A stretch of DNA of 64,000 bases. Source: Azolla caroliniana (Eukaryota > Plantae > Polypodiophyta). Shown here one piece after another: positions 1 to 13,100 of the stretch (the stretch's first letter is position 1; the number at the start of each line of letters is the position of its first letter). The stretch covers positions 3,534,001 to 3,598,000 of the forward strand of contig JBHGNT010000012.1 of the NCBI GenBank assembly GCA_043228905.1. The letters run 5' to 3'. The translations under genes were made by a program, and so were the position numbers. Below the pieces are notes generated by a model. It was not told the DNA's origin and ran no database searches. It saw only the letters and a list, made by a program, of their open reading frames with translations.

Positions 1-340
1 TCTCCATTACTATCTTGAAAACTTCATGTAAAAAGTTGATCATTTTTTCGTGATTAACTCCTCTTAATTACCCTCACTAAAGGATATTGGTTTTCACCAT
101 TTGTATATCTTATTCACCCTAACTCAATGCTCAAGTTGTCCATTCACTAGAGCGCCTTAATTAATCCGTAATTACTTGTGTTCTTCTCAACTTCTCAAAT
201 GGAACTCTTGCATGAATGCCCCAATTTTTTTAAAGAATGGATCTATTTATTATTAAGTCTTTGAGCAACCTTATGTTAGATAATATACTTGGAAGTCAAA
301 ATATGACCTATAGGACCAAAAGCCAATATGAACTTTCCTT

Positions 341-675
341 GAACAAAAATATAAGCAAATGCAATTCATCCCATTTTCCAAACCTTTTGTTCATATCTTG
401 TGTCCATCTTAGACCCAAACTTTTGTTTTTACGCATCTTGTGAGTATTTTTACTTGCTCCCCATGCAATTCTAGGAATAACATATTAGAGGATAAAAAAA
501 CGTACTCTTGGACAAAAATATAAATACATGGTGAAGCAAAAGTAATTCATCCCATTGTCCAAAACATTTCTTCATATCTTGTGTCCATCTTAGACCTAAA
601 CTTTTGCTTTTAAGCGTCTTTTGAATATTTTTACTTGCCCCCCATGCAATTCTAGGAATAAAATATTAGAGGATC
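341..675. repeat. Degenerate tandem duplication, unit ~170-180 bp
   Basis: The block AATTCATCCCATT..CCAAA..TTCATATCTTGTGTCCATCTTAGACC..CCCCATGCAATTCTAGGAATAA..ATTAGAGGAT occurs at ~363-493 and ~544-674. Confidence 0.8.
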
Positions 676-750
676 AAGAAACCTTTGCATTCCATTTTGC
701 AACCTTTTTCAGTATTTGCTGTGGAGAAAGAGGGATAAGACGGGGACACA

Positions 751-980
751 TGGGTTCCATGGAAACATCTAACAACCCCTAAGCCCTTGGGGGAACAAAA
801 ATATTGAATTTATCCATGCATATGATGGCGTGTAGATTTTTGATATTGCAAGATATGTGTTGCAGACGTATGGGATCCATTAAAACATCTAACAACCCCA
901 AAGCCCTTGGAGGAACATTAATATTGAATTTATCCATGCATATGATGGCTCGTATATTTATGATATTAAAAAACATGTGT
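751..980. repeat. Tandem duplication, 120-bp unit
   Basis: AAACATCTAACAACCCC.AAGCCCTTGG.GGAACA..AATATTGAATTTATCCATGCATATGATGGC starts at 763 and at 883. Confidence 0.85.
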
Positions 981-1176
981 TTCAACCCACAATTGTGGAT
1001 ATATATTGTTTACTATTTCATTGAGAATAAGGGCGTAGCACATGAGAGGACAATAATTAAGGTATCACGTTCACAATTACTTAATGGAAGTATTATAGCT
1101 AAAATTCCTCGTCCTTCATATGCCTAACATTTGGTTGTCTTACAACATGAAGCACACTCTATATTTGTATGGGAAT

Positions 1177-1757
1177 TGTAAAGAATCGGGAGTGATTTTG
1201 TGCAGTGGAAGAGAGAGAGAGAGAGAGAGAAGGGGGGGGGGGGGGGGGGGTGCAGATGGATGTAGCTCAGTTGGTAAGGTTGCCCAATGGAGACCAGGTG
1301 GTCATGGGTTCAACCCCTACATTCCATAGTGACATCTAGAGAATTAAGAGTATATGAAGTATATAATAGAGAGGCGAGGAAATTGGGTCTCGAACCCATG
1401 ACACAATGCTTGTAGCGTCAGCAACTTACCACTAGGGTAAAGTAATTACGAGAAAAAAACAAAAAGAGAGAGAGAGAACACAATGTATATAGAAAAAACA
1501 AGAAAATTGTAATAACATGACCCAACAATTACAAAGAGAAGGAGAAGGTGCTTATGTAGTCACCTTCTCTCTAAGTTCTCTCACTAGGACCGCCTCTTGG
1601 GAAAGAGGTGGAGTCTTAACCACTTAGGAAATATGTGTCATAGGACTTAAAGTTCTATGACACACTAGTTGCTATATACTAGGAGGTGGGGTGTTCACAC
1701 GCTTGAGTATACTGAGGTGTGTTCCCACACTAGGGAAGTTGAGTTTGATTCTCAAAA
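1177..1757 (-). repeat. 3' LTR of Copia-1, interrupted by a tRNA-derived insert
   Basis: Aligns to 4008-4454 except for ~1231-1460. Confidence 0.88.
1253..1449. mobile_element. Small element with two convergent tRNA-like (A-box/B-box) heads, copy 1
   Basis: Plus strand: TAGCTCAGTTGGT...GGGTTCAACCCC (~1258-1322). Minus strand: CCCTAGTGGTAAG...GGGTTCGAGACCC (~1385-1438). Absent from the sister LTR. Confidence 0.7.
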
Positions 1758-1899
1758 TGGCCTCTTAGACATAACTTCCGGCCTCCGGATAGTTGGTTCG
1801 AATTGATCTTCAGATCAACTTTGATAGTCGGCTTCGGCTATGAGTGATTGGTTCACTCATGTGTTTGTTCTGCTCTGTTCGACTTCGTGTCGAACGACT

Positions 1900-3833
1900 C
1901 CTTATCCATACTCCCTCTCAAGCTCGGCTGGTCGGCAATAGAAAGACCTAGGTTCGTAGTGAACTACCGCAACTTGTCGGCTCCCAGGACCTTCATGAAG
2001 ATTCGTGTTGATTGTTTGTAGATTCATACCGCTGTGTTGCAAGTCAACATCTCCGGCCAGGACACGTTCTCAGATGAAATGATAGTGCACCTCGATGTGT
2101 TTGGTCCAAGCGTGAAAAACATGGTTTCAAGCCAGATGAATATTGCTCATGTTGTCGTAGTAGAGGAGAATTGGATACATGATGGGAACACCCATATCCT
2201 TCGACAAGATTCTTTTCAGCCAAAAGGCTTCATATGCGTCGATGGCCGCGCCCCAATATTCGGCACTAGAATAGATTATCTACGAAAAAACCTAACATGA
2301 CCATGTACTTGGATGTGTTGGTTACAATGTAACGCTTGATTATAATACAAGAGGTCAAGAGTTCGAATCTTGACATAGCTGTTGTCATGTTTGTGACAAC
2401 ATCTATGCTCGATAGTGCGACTGTCAGCTGTTTTTTACTGCTCCACGATATGGCTTCGTTGCCGAGGGAAAAGACGAAGCTTGATGTGGATTGTATGTCA
2501 GTTTCGTAGCCGGCCCAGTCAGCATCGGTGTACACTTCGAGTCGAATCGGTGTGGCCAATTTGTAGAGGACGTCGTAATCAATGGTTCCACTCACATAGT
2601 GTAACACTCGCTTAGCACAGTCCAAGTGAATGTTCCGTGGTGCCTGCATAAATTGGCTAAGGAGGTAGATTGGGTAACTGAGGTCGGGTCGAGTAATGGT
2701 GAGGTAGATTAGGCTTCCGACTACCTGGCGATAAAAAGTCGGCTCACACTCTTCTATGCAGGAATCAACATCTAGTTTTAGATCTCTTGATCGAGAAGGT
2801 GGCGACAGGTGTACACTCTGTCATCCCAAACTTGAACAAAAGATTGAGGATATAGTGTCGTTTGGAGATCATGGTGCCATCAGGAGTTCGAATGACTTCT
2901 ATGCCTAGAAAGTAATGGAACTCCTTCATGTCTTTCCTTTCGAATCGGCTGGAGAGAAGAATTTTGATGTTCTCAGTATCTACTACGTGCTCTCCTCCAA
3001 TAACCAAGTTGTCCACATATATGATGATGAATAACTGTCATTTGGAGTCACTCCGGATGAACAAGGAATTGTTGGACTTGGACATTTTGAAGCCTATTTG
3101 ATGAAGATACTAGGGTATCTTTGAATGTCATGCTCTAGGTGCCTGCTTGAGACCATAGAGAGACTTTTTGAGTCAGCAGACAACAATCGAATGCGTACTC
3201 GACTTGAATCCGGGTGGTTGTACCATGTACACCTCCTCATCTAATTCGCCTTGGCGAATGGCGTTCTTGACATCCATTTGGTGGGGGTGCCACCCTTTGA
3301 CGGCCACGAGCGCAATCATGGTTCAAACGGTAATCATCTTTGCCACCAGGGCAAAAGTCTCTTCATAATAATTTGGCATTGTGTGTTTGCACATAGCCCT
3401 TTGGCACGAGCCGAGCCTTATACCAATTGACGGTGCCGTTGGCGTTGTGCTTCAACTTAAATATCCATTGGCATCCGATTGCTTTTTGGTGGGGTGAAGA
3501 GGGGATGAGATCCCATGTCTCATTCTTGGAGAGTGCGTGCATCTCCTCATTCATCGCTTCGACCCATTGCAGGTCCTTCGCGGCTTTGTAAAAATTTTCC
3601 CCCTCTCGGATTGTCACCACCTTCATCATGAATGCATGATGCAAGGCAATTCAATAAGCGACTCACCGCTTGCCCCCAAGCTGGGTGGTCGGCATGTGCC
3701 GGATTGGGTTGATTTTCTTGTGCTCCTTCGACATAACTCCAATAGCCTTGGTTGACAAGGTATTGGTGCATCTTGTATTCCTATGATGTGAAGTTGTTTC
3801 TGTCGAGTTTCTCTGTAGGAAGAGTGCTTCCCA
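1900..3833 (-). pseudogene. Copia-1 gag fused directly to RT-RNase H, frameshifted
   Basis: ORF fragments 3547-3771 (gag), 3363-3644 and 2765-3016 (RT), 2266-2649 (RNase H). Confidence 0.9.
2266..2401 (-). mobile_element. 136-bp Helitron-like non-autonomous insertion in the Copia-1 RNase H
   Basis: Removing it restores TTCGGCA|TCTATGCTCGA (SSIDAEY). It is inserted between A and T, its minus-strand end is CTAG preceded by the palindrome TAGATAATCTA, and its other end is the hairpin TGTTGTCA-N6-TGACAACA. Confidence 0.5.
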
Positions 3834-3995
3834 TTTGAGTGTTCATGTTGAAATGACTTGTTTGGAGCTAGTTTTCTTCTTCTGTTTCTCTTTTGTACGA
3901 ATTGTGTGGGTTGCTGCTACAACGATCGGCTGGTTCTTTGTGAACATCAACGTATACACAACACGTGAGGATGGGCTTGGATCAAGCTACCAATC

Positions 3996-4007
3996 GCTCT
4001 GATACCA
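3996..4007 (-). promoter_or_regulatory. Primer-binding site (tRNA-iMet) of Copia-1
   Basis: Reverse complement is TGGTATCAGAGC, abutting the LTR. Confidence 0.95.
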
Positions 4008-4454
<447 letters not shown>

Positions 4455-4512
4455 AGAACCATAACCTAATAGAGCACATAATTTGTGATTTTCGCAAAAA
4501 AGAACTACTCAA

Positions 4513-5400
4513 GTTTTCTTGATGAATTGTTTTTGAGAAAAAATTGTTTCCCATTAGTTTGGTGAATTGTATATACAAATCAGTCTATGTACAATCTAAG
4601 CATCCATAGATACTCGATTTGAAAGGGGCTGGAAGTACCATTTTGGATGTCCTAAAGTGAAGCTCACCAAAGGTGTGGTTTCCAAGAGTGAGATAAATTG
4701 TGCTCTTGCCAACTCTTGAGACTCTAGATCTCCCTGTAGATTTTCAAATTGTGCATGCAAGGATAGCAATAGATCAGTCCATACAACTGTGATGGCATCT
4801 GAATTTGTGTGTGTTTCCCTAGAGTACCATTTGAGACATCTATATTTCCAAATGTTCCACATACCGATTGATGCCACAATTGACCATACTTTCTGCAGAT
4901 TTCGTGATCCCAAATTTGCATACATGCAATCGTTGTCCATGTCTAGTGAGTTTTGTGCATTATGAGGGCTAAGGAGGAGTCTTGTGCACCACACATCCAC
5001 ACATTCTTTTGTAGACACCACCATATATTATAACTAAATGAAATCGAGCCTTCCATGTCGCAAGCTGCCAGAATGCGTATAATTCTTTTTGTTGTGTATA
5101 TGCAAAACCAAGAGCAATGTTCAATCAATTTTGAATCATAGTTGTAGCTCTTACAGTGCTCCTCTGTTGTAGCCATGTATCAACCGGGAGAGCTTTATGG
5201 CTAATAAGCTAGAGAAAGGATTTGCATTTTTCAAGCAAGTCACTTGCCCACAACTTTTTCCAGTAAGCCTACATACAAGTGTCATTGAAGCCCTCCTCCC
5301 TCCATTTACTACCAAGTGCATCTTTATGAATTCCTTGTAGCTACAAAATGATATTTCAACCAATTTTTGTTGTATATTGAAACAATTGTTCTTTTTTACC
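4513..5400 (-). pseudogene. Old L1-type LINE 3' fragment (zf-RVT and ORF2 C-terminus)
   Basis: VWSIVASIGMWNIWKYRCLK is homologous to IWQLVSSITVWYIWKARCLK of the big LINE; EHCSWFC zinc-binding remnant. Ends are approximate. Confidence 0.7.
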
Positions 5401-5531
5401 TTTTTTGCAAAGTAACTTTCTCTAGTTCAACCCCCTCTTGGATCCACACCCAAGACGCATCATGCAGGTTATGGGCCTCTGGGTTGATTTCCTAGTTTTT
5501 CCTACTAGTAGTAAATGTTGGCATGGAAAAA

Positions 5532-5940
5532 GACTGATAAACCTCAAATATGGAAATTGGTAAGTAGTATTACAATTTGGCATATTTGGAAGGCTCGATG
5601 TTTGAAGGTATTTCAAAATGTGACTGTAAGACCTATCGAATTAATTTATGGGATTTGGACAGAGATTGTGCATAATCTCAAAGGTGCTTTGGATAGTATA
5701 AAAGGTAATGCGCAACGAGGTAGCTCAAGTGATTGGAGTTTCATGTCACTTGGGACAGAGGCACATTTTATGGATGGATTTCTGATAAGGTGGTGTGGTT
5801 CTACTCTACACCGAAGTATTTATTTAAGCCGACAGTTAGATTTTAGAAAAAAGGGGTTCTTTGGTACATCTTGTATGTATAGCCTTAGGGCAGTTTTTTA
5901 ATACTAATGTTGTATCTTTTTTGGAAAAAAGAAAAAGGAA
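5532..5940 (+). mobile_element. 5'-truncated 3' end of the same LINE family as 6201-29607
   Basis: Close match to 29227-29606, including the 3' UTR ...ATACTAATGT.GTATCTTTTTTGG and A-rich tail. Confidence 0.9.
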
Positions 5941-6243
5941 AGAGTGATTGAGTTCTCACTTTAACTACTCGTTTCAATTGGGGTCAAAGAGTTGGGAGAC
6001 ATTGTTGAGGTTCAGTCTTAGAGATTTTTTATTCTTTATTTGAACAAAATATCCTTCCATTAGTTTAAAAAAAAGGCATATCAGCTACAACCTACAAAAT
6101 AGGTGGAAAGGAAGTGACTATCCTTCCCAAGCCCATCTTGTGTAAGACAATGGCTAGCCATCAAATGCCCTTGTTGGATGGCAATGTGTTAAGTATGAGA
6201 GGTTTTGAAAGATTGACAAACACAGAAAACAAGAGCATAGAGC

Positions 6244-7116
6244 ATGGCTGAGAAAATGACAAAGGCAGCTATGACAGTGGGAGAATCCTGTGAATCACTT
6301 CCCGATTTTCACCCTGTTGCGGGGCTGATGGTCGAGCTTCAGCTATCAGAGCAAGAACAAGTACAGATGAGAGAAGAGATCCCTCGATTGCAACAAAATT
6401 CTCTAATTATACAAGTTTTAGGTCTCAGCCAAATCGTCAAGAGTTGAGGCATTTGCTACAGGGTCGATTGCAGGCTGAAATTGGCCAGATTGAAGATGTG
6501 CAATTTCTAGGAAGAGGCTATTATCAGGTCGAGTTTCAAGATGAGGCATCTGTCTAGGTATTACTTGCTATGAAATTTGTTGATATACGAGGAGCATGGG
6601 TTAAATTTCAGGAATGGAAACATGGTTTTGACCCTATGAGAGAGACCCAACATGATTTTTTAGTTTTAACTGCGAGTTTTCCAGGATTGCCTAAGGAATG
6701 TCATAATCTATTGCATCAATTAGGGCCCAGGGGGTTTAATTGGAGTTGTATAAGATGCCTATATACATAACAAAGACGGATAAATATTTGGAATACTAAT
6801 AGTTAAATTACTATGTACTAGTGGAAAACCGTTGCCGGAATATGTGAAATTACCTTGTTTGCAAAATGGGGGATGTGGAAAGAAACAATTTTTTTTATAT
6901 GTTGGGTTACCAAATCAATGTTTTTTATGTAAAAGAATGGGACATTTAGCTAAGGAATGTTCCTTGTCAAGGAAAGGGCCGATACATGATGTAAATGATG
7001 AGCCGCAAACAAGTGTTGGTGGCTCTTGGGTTCATGTTGCAAAAAAACACATGATAAAAAAAACAAGTCATGATAAATTCAATGGCAACCTAAGGATAAT
7101 ATATACAATTTGTTAA
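6244..7116 (+). pseudogene. LINE ORF1 (DUF4283-like region plus CCHC knuckle)
   Basis: FLGRGYYQVEF-like segment and YVGLPNQCFLCKRMGHLAKEC; stops and frameshifts present. Confidence 0.85.
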
Positions 7117-7694
7117 CCAACGTAGAAGATGGACAAACTCAAATGATTATAGATTTGGGAAATATGGGTGTACCTAGCAATAGGTGTCCTGGCAAGAAGA
7201 TTGTGGATGGAATACAATGAAGACCAAATGATCATAAACTTGACGTTCAAGTATATAATAAAGAACATCAGGAAGGATGTAGTTGTGAAATGGTTTTATA
7301 TGTTGAGAATGCTATCATTCTGATTAATGTATCGGAAACAATGAATGGACAAGAGATTGTAGGGGCACTACAAACTAAAAATCGGGTAGTTGACATTGGA
7401 CCCTTGCCTTCGTTTGACGGGAGGTGGACAAGATCCGTGTCCAAGAATTTGCCGAAGGATCATAATCCTTTCATGAAGGATGCTAATGATTGGAGAACTT
7501 CCACGAAATCATTAGTTGAACATTTTTAAGTAAGTGATAGTAAGATTTCCATTTAGAGAGTATATAAGCAGACTAATGCATTTAGTAAAGATCACATCTC
7601 TTTTAGAAGAATGATTAAGTCTCAAGATATGTCTCAAGAAGATAGGAATCGATGTTTGAAAGAAAAAATATTAGTGTCCAAATTTGTGTAAATA

Positions 7695-9666
7695 TGAAGA
7701 TTATTTCTTGGAATGTTCAGGGTCTTGGGGGATCCTTATGTAAACAATATAAATGGAGATTTTGGCAAGAGTTGCATAAATGTATAATTGGGCAAGTGGA
7801 CATAGTAATGTTACAAGAACATCATTTAAATAAAAGGCGTACTAAAGTCTATGGTTCATTATTGCTTGGAAACTGGGAAATGTTGTGGGTTCCAACATAT
7901 GGATCAACACAACTTCAAGGTGGATTATGTATGGCTATTCGTGATATATGGCAAGTAAATATGTCGGATGTAGGAAATTTGTTGTTAGGAAGAGCACAAT
8001 ATGTTATCATGAAATTTCATAATAAAAAGGTTGGCTTTCTATATTTGTATGCTCCTAATTATTCTAGAGAACGATTAAAGATGTGGATTGAATTTGATAG
8101 TTCATTGCCAGTTGTAGATCATTGGTGTATAACGGGAGACTTTAATATGATTGAGGATCCCGAGGATAGGAGTGGTGACGGTGGAGCAACAATGCATGGT
8201 TTTGAATTATCCGCATGGGAAAAATTTACTATAAGTAGAAGGTTGTCGGATGTTTGGCATTTAACATCCTTTGGAAACTTGCATCATTCTTTAATGTTTT
8301 CTAGGTCTGATAGAAGATTAAATGGGGCAAATCTGTCAAGAATTGATAGGATTTATGTTGATGATTTATTTGCGGAGATAGGAGGGAGTGTTGTATGACT
8401 TTCTCTAATCATGGTCCAGTTGTATTACAACTTAATGATGGGAAAAAACGTAAGCGACAAGGGAGATTAAGGATTCCATCGGAATTGTTTACAGAATCCA
8501 TAATTATTGAACAAGTTATGTCTATATGGAGACAAACTTTATTGCAAATTGGAAATGTGGAAGTTAATGTGGCCTTGGCAATATCACATATTAGTAGTTT
8601 CGTAATCTCTTGGGTACAGGGGAAAAGGGAAAGATATACACAAAAAATTATCAGTATGCATCGTGCCTTGACATCGTTGCAACATTTTCAAGAAAGGGAT
8701 CCATTATGTGAATGGATGACAAATGCTTTCATAATGCAAAATGGGAATTAAGAAATATTGAGGACAACATTTTACAATTTCAATATCAAGCTTTTGCTTC
8801 AAAATGGACACAAGAAGGTGACATAGTAAACAAGACATTTTTCCCCAAGTTGCACCGAAATGGTCGGCAGTAGGGATTAAACAACTAAGGAGAGAAGATG
8901 GCTCTTTAACAGAAGATGAGTCAGAAATTGTACAAATTGCTACTACTTATTATGCTAAATTGTTGTCCGATGGAGTTGCTACCGAATCTGTTCACACAAG
9001 TGGGAAATGTGCGTGGGACAAAATTAAGCCTAAAGTCACAAATGAAATGAAGGTTGCATTACTTAAGCCCTTTGACATTATGGAAATACATACGCACTTA
9101 GAGCTTTAAGTCTTATGTCTTGTCCAAGGGAGGATGGAATTACTGCACATTTTTTCCTCAAATATTGGGAATATGTTGGGGAAGACAACACAAAATCTTA
9201 TCAAAGAATTTTTGACACTGGGTACATGCCTCCTAGTATGATAGTTGGCTTGATTTATTTAATACCTAAGGTTGAAGGTATATATCAGATGACATTAGAA
9301 AATGGAGACCAATAACTTTGCTAAATACAATATATAAAATCTTCGCAAAAACATTGTCATTGAGAGTGCAACCTTTCTTACATGATTTGATTCATATCAC
9401 CCAAACTGGTTTTATTCAGGAAAGAAGTATACCGGATGATTTGTTCTTTTTTTGGGAAGCCATTGCCTTGGCTCGTAAGAAAAAAGAGGATTTAGTGAGT
9501 TTGCTACTAGACTTTGAAAAAGCATATGATCGAGTTGATTGGGAATTCCTTCAGGATACTCTTGTAAGACTGGGTTTTTCGAAGAAATGGGTGATAGGAG
9601 TGTCTTCTTTGTATAACTCAATGTGCAGTTCAGTTTTGGCAGGAGGGATTAACGGTGATGACTTTC
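7695..9666 (+). pseudogene. LINE ORF2 part 1: APE endonuclease and N-terminal RT
   Basis: MKIISWNVQGL, LQEHH, YAPN, GDFN, SRIDRIY, SNHGPV; QTGFIQERSI and LLDFEKAYDRV. Confidence 0.93.
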
Positions 9667-9870
9667 TGTAACCCGACCGACAAAGGAGTTAAAGACCAGC
9701 ATGTGAAAGGGATTGTTTATTCGGAATAGATTATAATTAAGTAGTTTATGAGAGGTGAACGGACGGACCGGTTCCGAACAGGTGCCGGTTGGCACCGTTT
9801 TGTACTCAACACCGGTGACCTATATAAAGGCCCGGTGTGTTAGGCCATTTTCCGGCCCTAAGGATTAACA
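9667..9870 (+). repeat. 5' LTR of Gypsy-A (204 bp, internally shortened)
   Basis: TGTAACCCG...GGATTAACA; lacks 244 bp present in the 3' LTR. Confidence 0.92.
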
Positions 9871-9877
9871 CAGTTTT

Positions 9878-9887
9878 TGGCGACCAC
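9878..9887 (+). promoter_or_regulatory. PBS, probably tRNA-Arg
   Basis: TGGCGACCAC lies 7 bp after the LTR and is complementary to the 3' end of plant tRNA-Arg(TCG) as recalled. Confidence 0.65.
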
Positions 9888-10156
9888 GATTCCTACACAA
9901 TTGCAACGAACAACGGCGGTAATGGATGACTAGACCAATGAACGACCCGGTTACGGAGCGAGCAAGGAGACTTGCTGAACGATTGAGGAAGCGAGAGGCT
10001 TTCTAGCAAGCGGCAGAAGAAATCAGAGCGGATTGCTCATTTTCCAAGGTGATTCGGAGAGTGGCCAAGGATTCACTTCGTTCATAACAAAACGACTACC
10101 CACACAAAGGAAGCAGCCTAAGCAGCCTTCGAGAAGCAGAATCCCCTCTCCAGGCA

Positions 10157-13100
10157 TTGGCAGAGGGCGAAGGCGAATCCGAAGCATTTTCGGCTTTTGA
10201 ATCGGATTCGGAAGGGGAATACAACGCGCATACGAACTACCGCAGCAGTAATGACACCCCAAACAGACCGGAGGATGAGGAGTCGGTTACCTTGCCGACA
10301 CCGGAACCAGAATTGACAAGGCTGGAACCTCCGGCACTGGAAGTCGAGCACACTCCGGAACCAGAAGTCAAGGAAGAGAGACCTTCAACACCGGAAGTTG
10401 AGGAGGAGAGGCCTCCAACACCAAAAGAGGAGCAGGAAAGACCTCCGACGCCGACAGAGGAGGAGGAAAGACCACCGACACCACCAGCCCGCATACCGAC
10501 ACCGGACGACGATATGCCGTTCCAATATCCCAGATACTGGGATGATCTGGACGCGGAAGCCCATGTTCATGCGTTTCAGCAGACCTAGGAGGCAAACCAT
10601 GTGTCCCAACGCTTAAATGCGGACGAAGAGGAACACTAAAAAATGGCAGAGTTCGGCATGACCCTGGAGGGACCGGGTGCCAGATGGCACCGAACACAAG
10701 ATCCCAGCACCATCCCCACGTTTGAAGCATTAAAGACCAAATTCTTGCATTTCTTTCACAAGGAGATGAACCAACGGGAAATGGTAGGCCTATTTTACAT
10801 TATCCAACAGGAACCAACGGAGAACATTCAACAGTTTGTCATTCGGTTCCAGCGGATCCATAGTCAGCTCAGCCGGGCACCACCGAAGGAAGAAACAAAG
10901 GCCATATTCTTAGCAGCACTCCGGGAACCCTTACGAACGGTGTGCACCGTCATTGATTTTCGCACAGCAGCATAGATCAAGTGATCGACCGAGTTCGGGA
11001 AATGGAAAAATCAAGTTCATGGCTAACCATGGGCGCACTTCAACGTGCACTATCGACAGATGAAGACCTTAGCTTCCGGCAAGCAATTCAATGTAGGACA
11101 TGCCTGAATGCTAGACATTTGGCGCTGGAATGCACCATGCATTCCCAATGCTTGCTCTGCCACTCTAGAAGTCACACAATGGAATGGTGCGAGTATAACT
11201 TGTTAAATCGGCAAGCACCACCGGTCCAGCAAATTGAACCACGAAGCAACCAGGAGGAAGAAGAAGAATGTTGGCAGCGAGAGGAGAGCTACCGGCCGAT
11301 ACAACGATCGAAAAGACGCTTATGACCGGTATGACATACAGGATAGATACCGAGACTATAATGGATGGTACGAGAGATACATCCGGGATCACTCCCTTGG
11401 TTACAACCAATGACGGGACGACTATGGCAAGTATGACGACCAACCCTGTCATGGTTACCGGAACAAAAAGAATTTCAACAAGAAACGACATTTCAACAAA
11501 AAGGGGGGTCATCCATGGGAACCGGAAAAGGGCGCTCCAAGCAGCCAACCGGACCAAAACCAAGCACTTACCACAGGACCTCAACCCGGTGCGGGCACAA
11601 ACGCCGAATCCAGCAACACCCGGAAGGTGTATTGCTATTATTGCCGGCAAGAAGGCCACTATAGTAACCAATGTCCGGGGAAGAGCTACGACAAGAGACC
11701 ATCGGTGAACATGGTAGACGCGGAAGTCGCGGACTTACAACAAGTCACTACAAGATCAAAAGGCAAAGCCATTGAGTGGGAAACTCAAGAAGCCATCCGG
11801 AAGTAGGCAACCGAATGGGTGAAGACGGCAAACGAGCGGAATGCGGAAGAGCTCGAACAACAAAAGGAGAATGCCGAAGAGCTCACTGGCTTAGGGCAAC
11901 CCAAAAACCCAACATGGCAGGCATTACAAAAATGCCAAATAACGCTGTCGTTAGGCCGGCTATTGCAACTGGTACCACGCTTCATGGAAGGACTGAAGAT
12001 AGGAAGGACGGCAACCGACACACCACCGGCTCCGGCTTTCTTTTCAAATCCGGAGGAAGGACCAACAGTAGTAGATACGAGCAGTTCGGCAATCACAACC
12101 ATCGTGAAAGGAAAAGAGCTACCTGACACGATTATCGATGGAGGATCCGACGTGAATGTGATCAGCCTCCGAACGTGTAACACTCTAGGAATCCATGACT
12201 AGGAACCATGCCCGTTTTGGCTTCGGATGGCGGACACAAGCTCAGTACGGCCGACCAGATTAATACGTGATCTGAAGTGACCATCGGGGGTCACACATTT
12301 CGCATTTCGACAGTAGTTCTCCAGGTAGAGGCTCAGGGAGCTTACCCACTATTGTTGGGACGCCCTTGGTTAAAAACAACACACATCAAGCAAAACTGGA
12401 GGAAGAATATAATTACGTTCCGGCGTGGAAAAGCGAAAGTGCGAGTACCGACTCAACCACGATTGGGTACCGGCAAGGAATTGACGCTGCTATATGCAGA
12501 ATGTGTCAACATGCTGGAAGGATTGGCGGACGAAGAGGTCGATCAATACTTACAGGAAAATCCGAAGATCGTACCTCTGTTCGAAATTGATGTAGTCGAA
12601 GCAGTATCACCGTACATACTGCAACCGGACGGGACCGACGAGGAACCGGATAAAGAAGCGATCCGGGAGTCACGGCAAGCACAGGAGGCACTGGAAAGAG
12701 AAATGGCAGTGTCGCAACGCATAAAAGCAACCCAACTAGAAGAGGTAAACCTAGGTACCAAAGAGGACGCAAAACCGGTTCACATGGCCAAGGAAATGAC
12801 CCCGGAGAACAAAATGGCTATGATCACACTCCTAAAAGAATTTCGCGATGTGTTCGCATGGTCCTATGAGGACATGCGGGGACCCGATCCTCAGTTGTAT
12901 CAACACCAGATACATCTGAGTAAAGACGCCAAACCGGTAGCGCAACGACATTACCGGATGAACCTGAATTACGCAGCAAAAGTCAAAGAAGAAATCGACA
13001 AGTTGCTAAGGGTTGGCTTCATCCGACCGGTAAAGAAAGCCACATGACTCAGTCTGATAGTCATAGTACCAAAAAAGAACGGTAAGATAAGAGTTTGCGT

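Noticed and set aside
1258-1325. Functional tRNA gene
   Set aside because: No clean acceptor or anticodon stems, no T-run terminator, and it is an insertion within an LTR.
2264-2268. CACTA transposon end
   Set aside because: No matching TAGTG at the other end and no 3-bp TSD.
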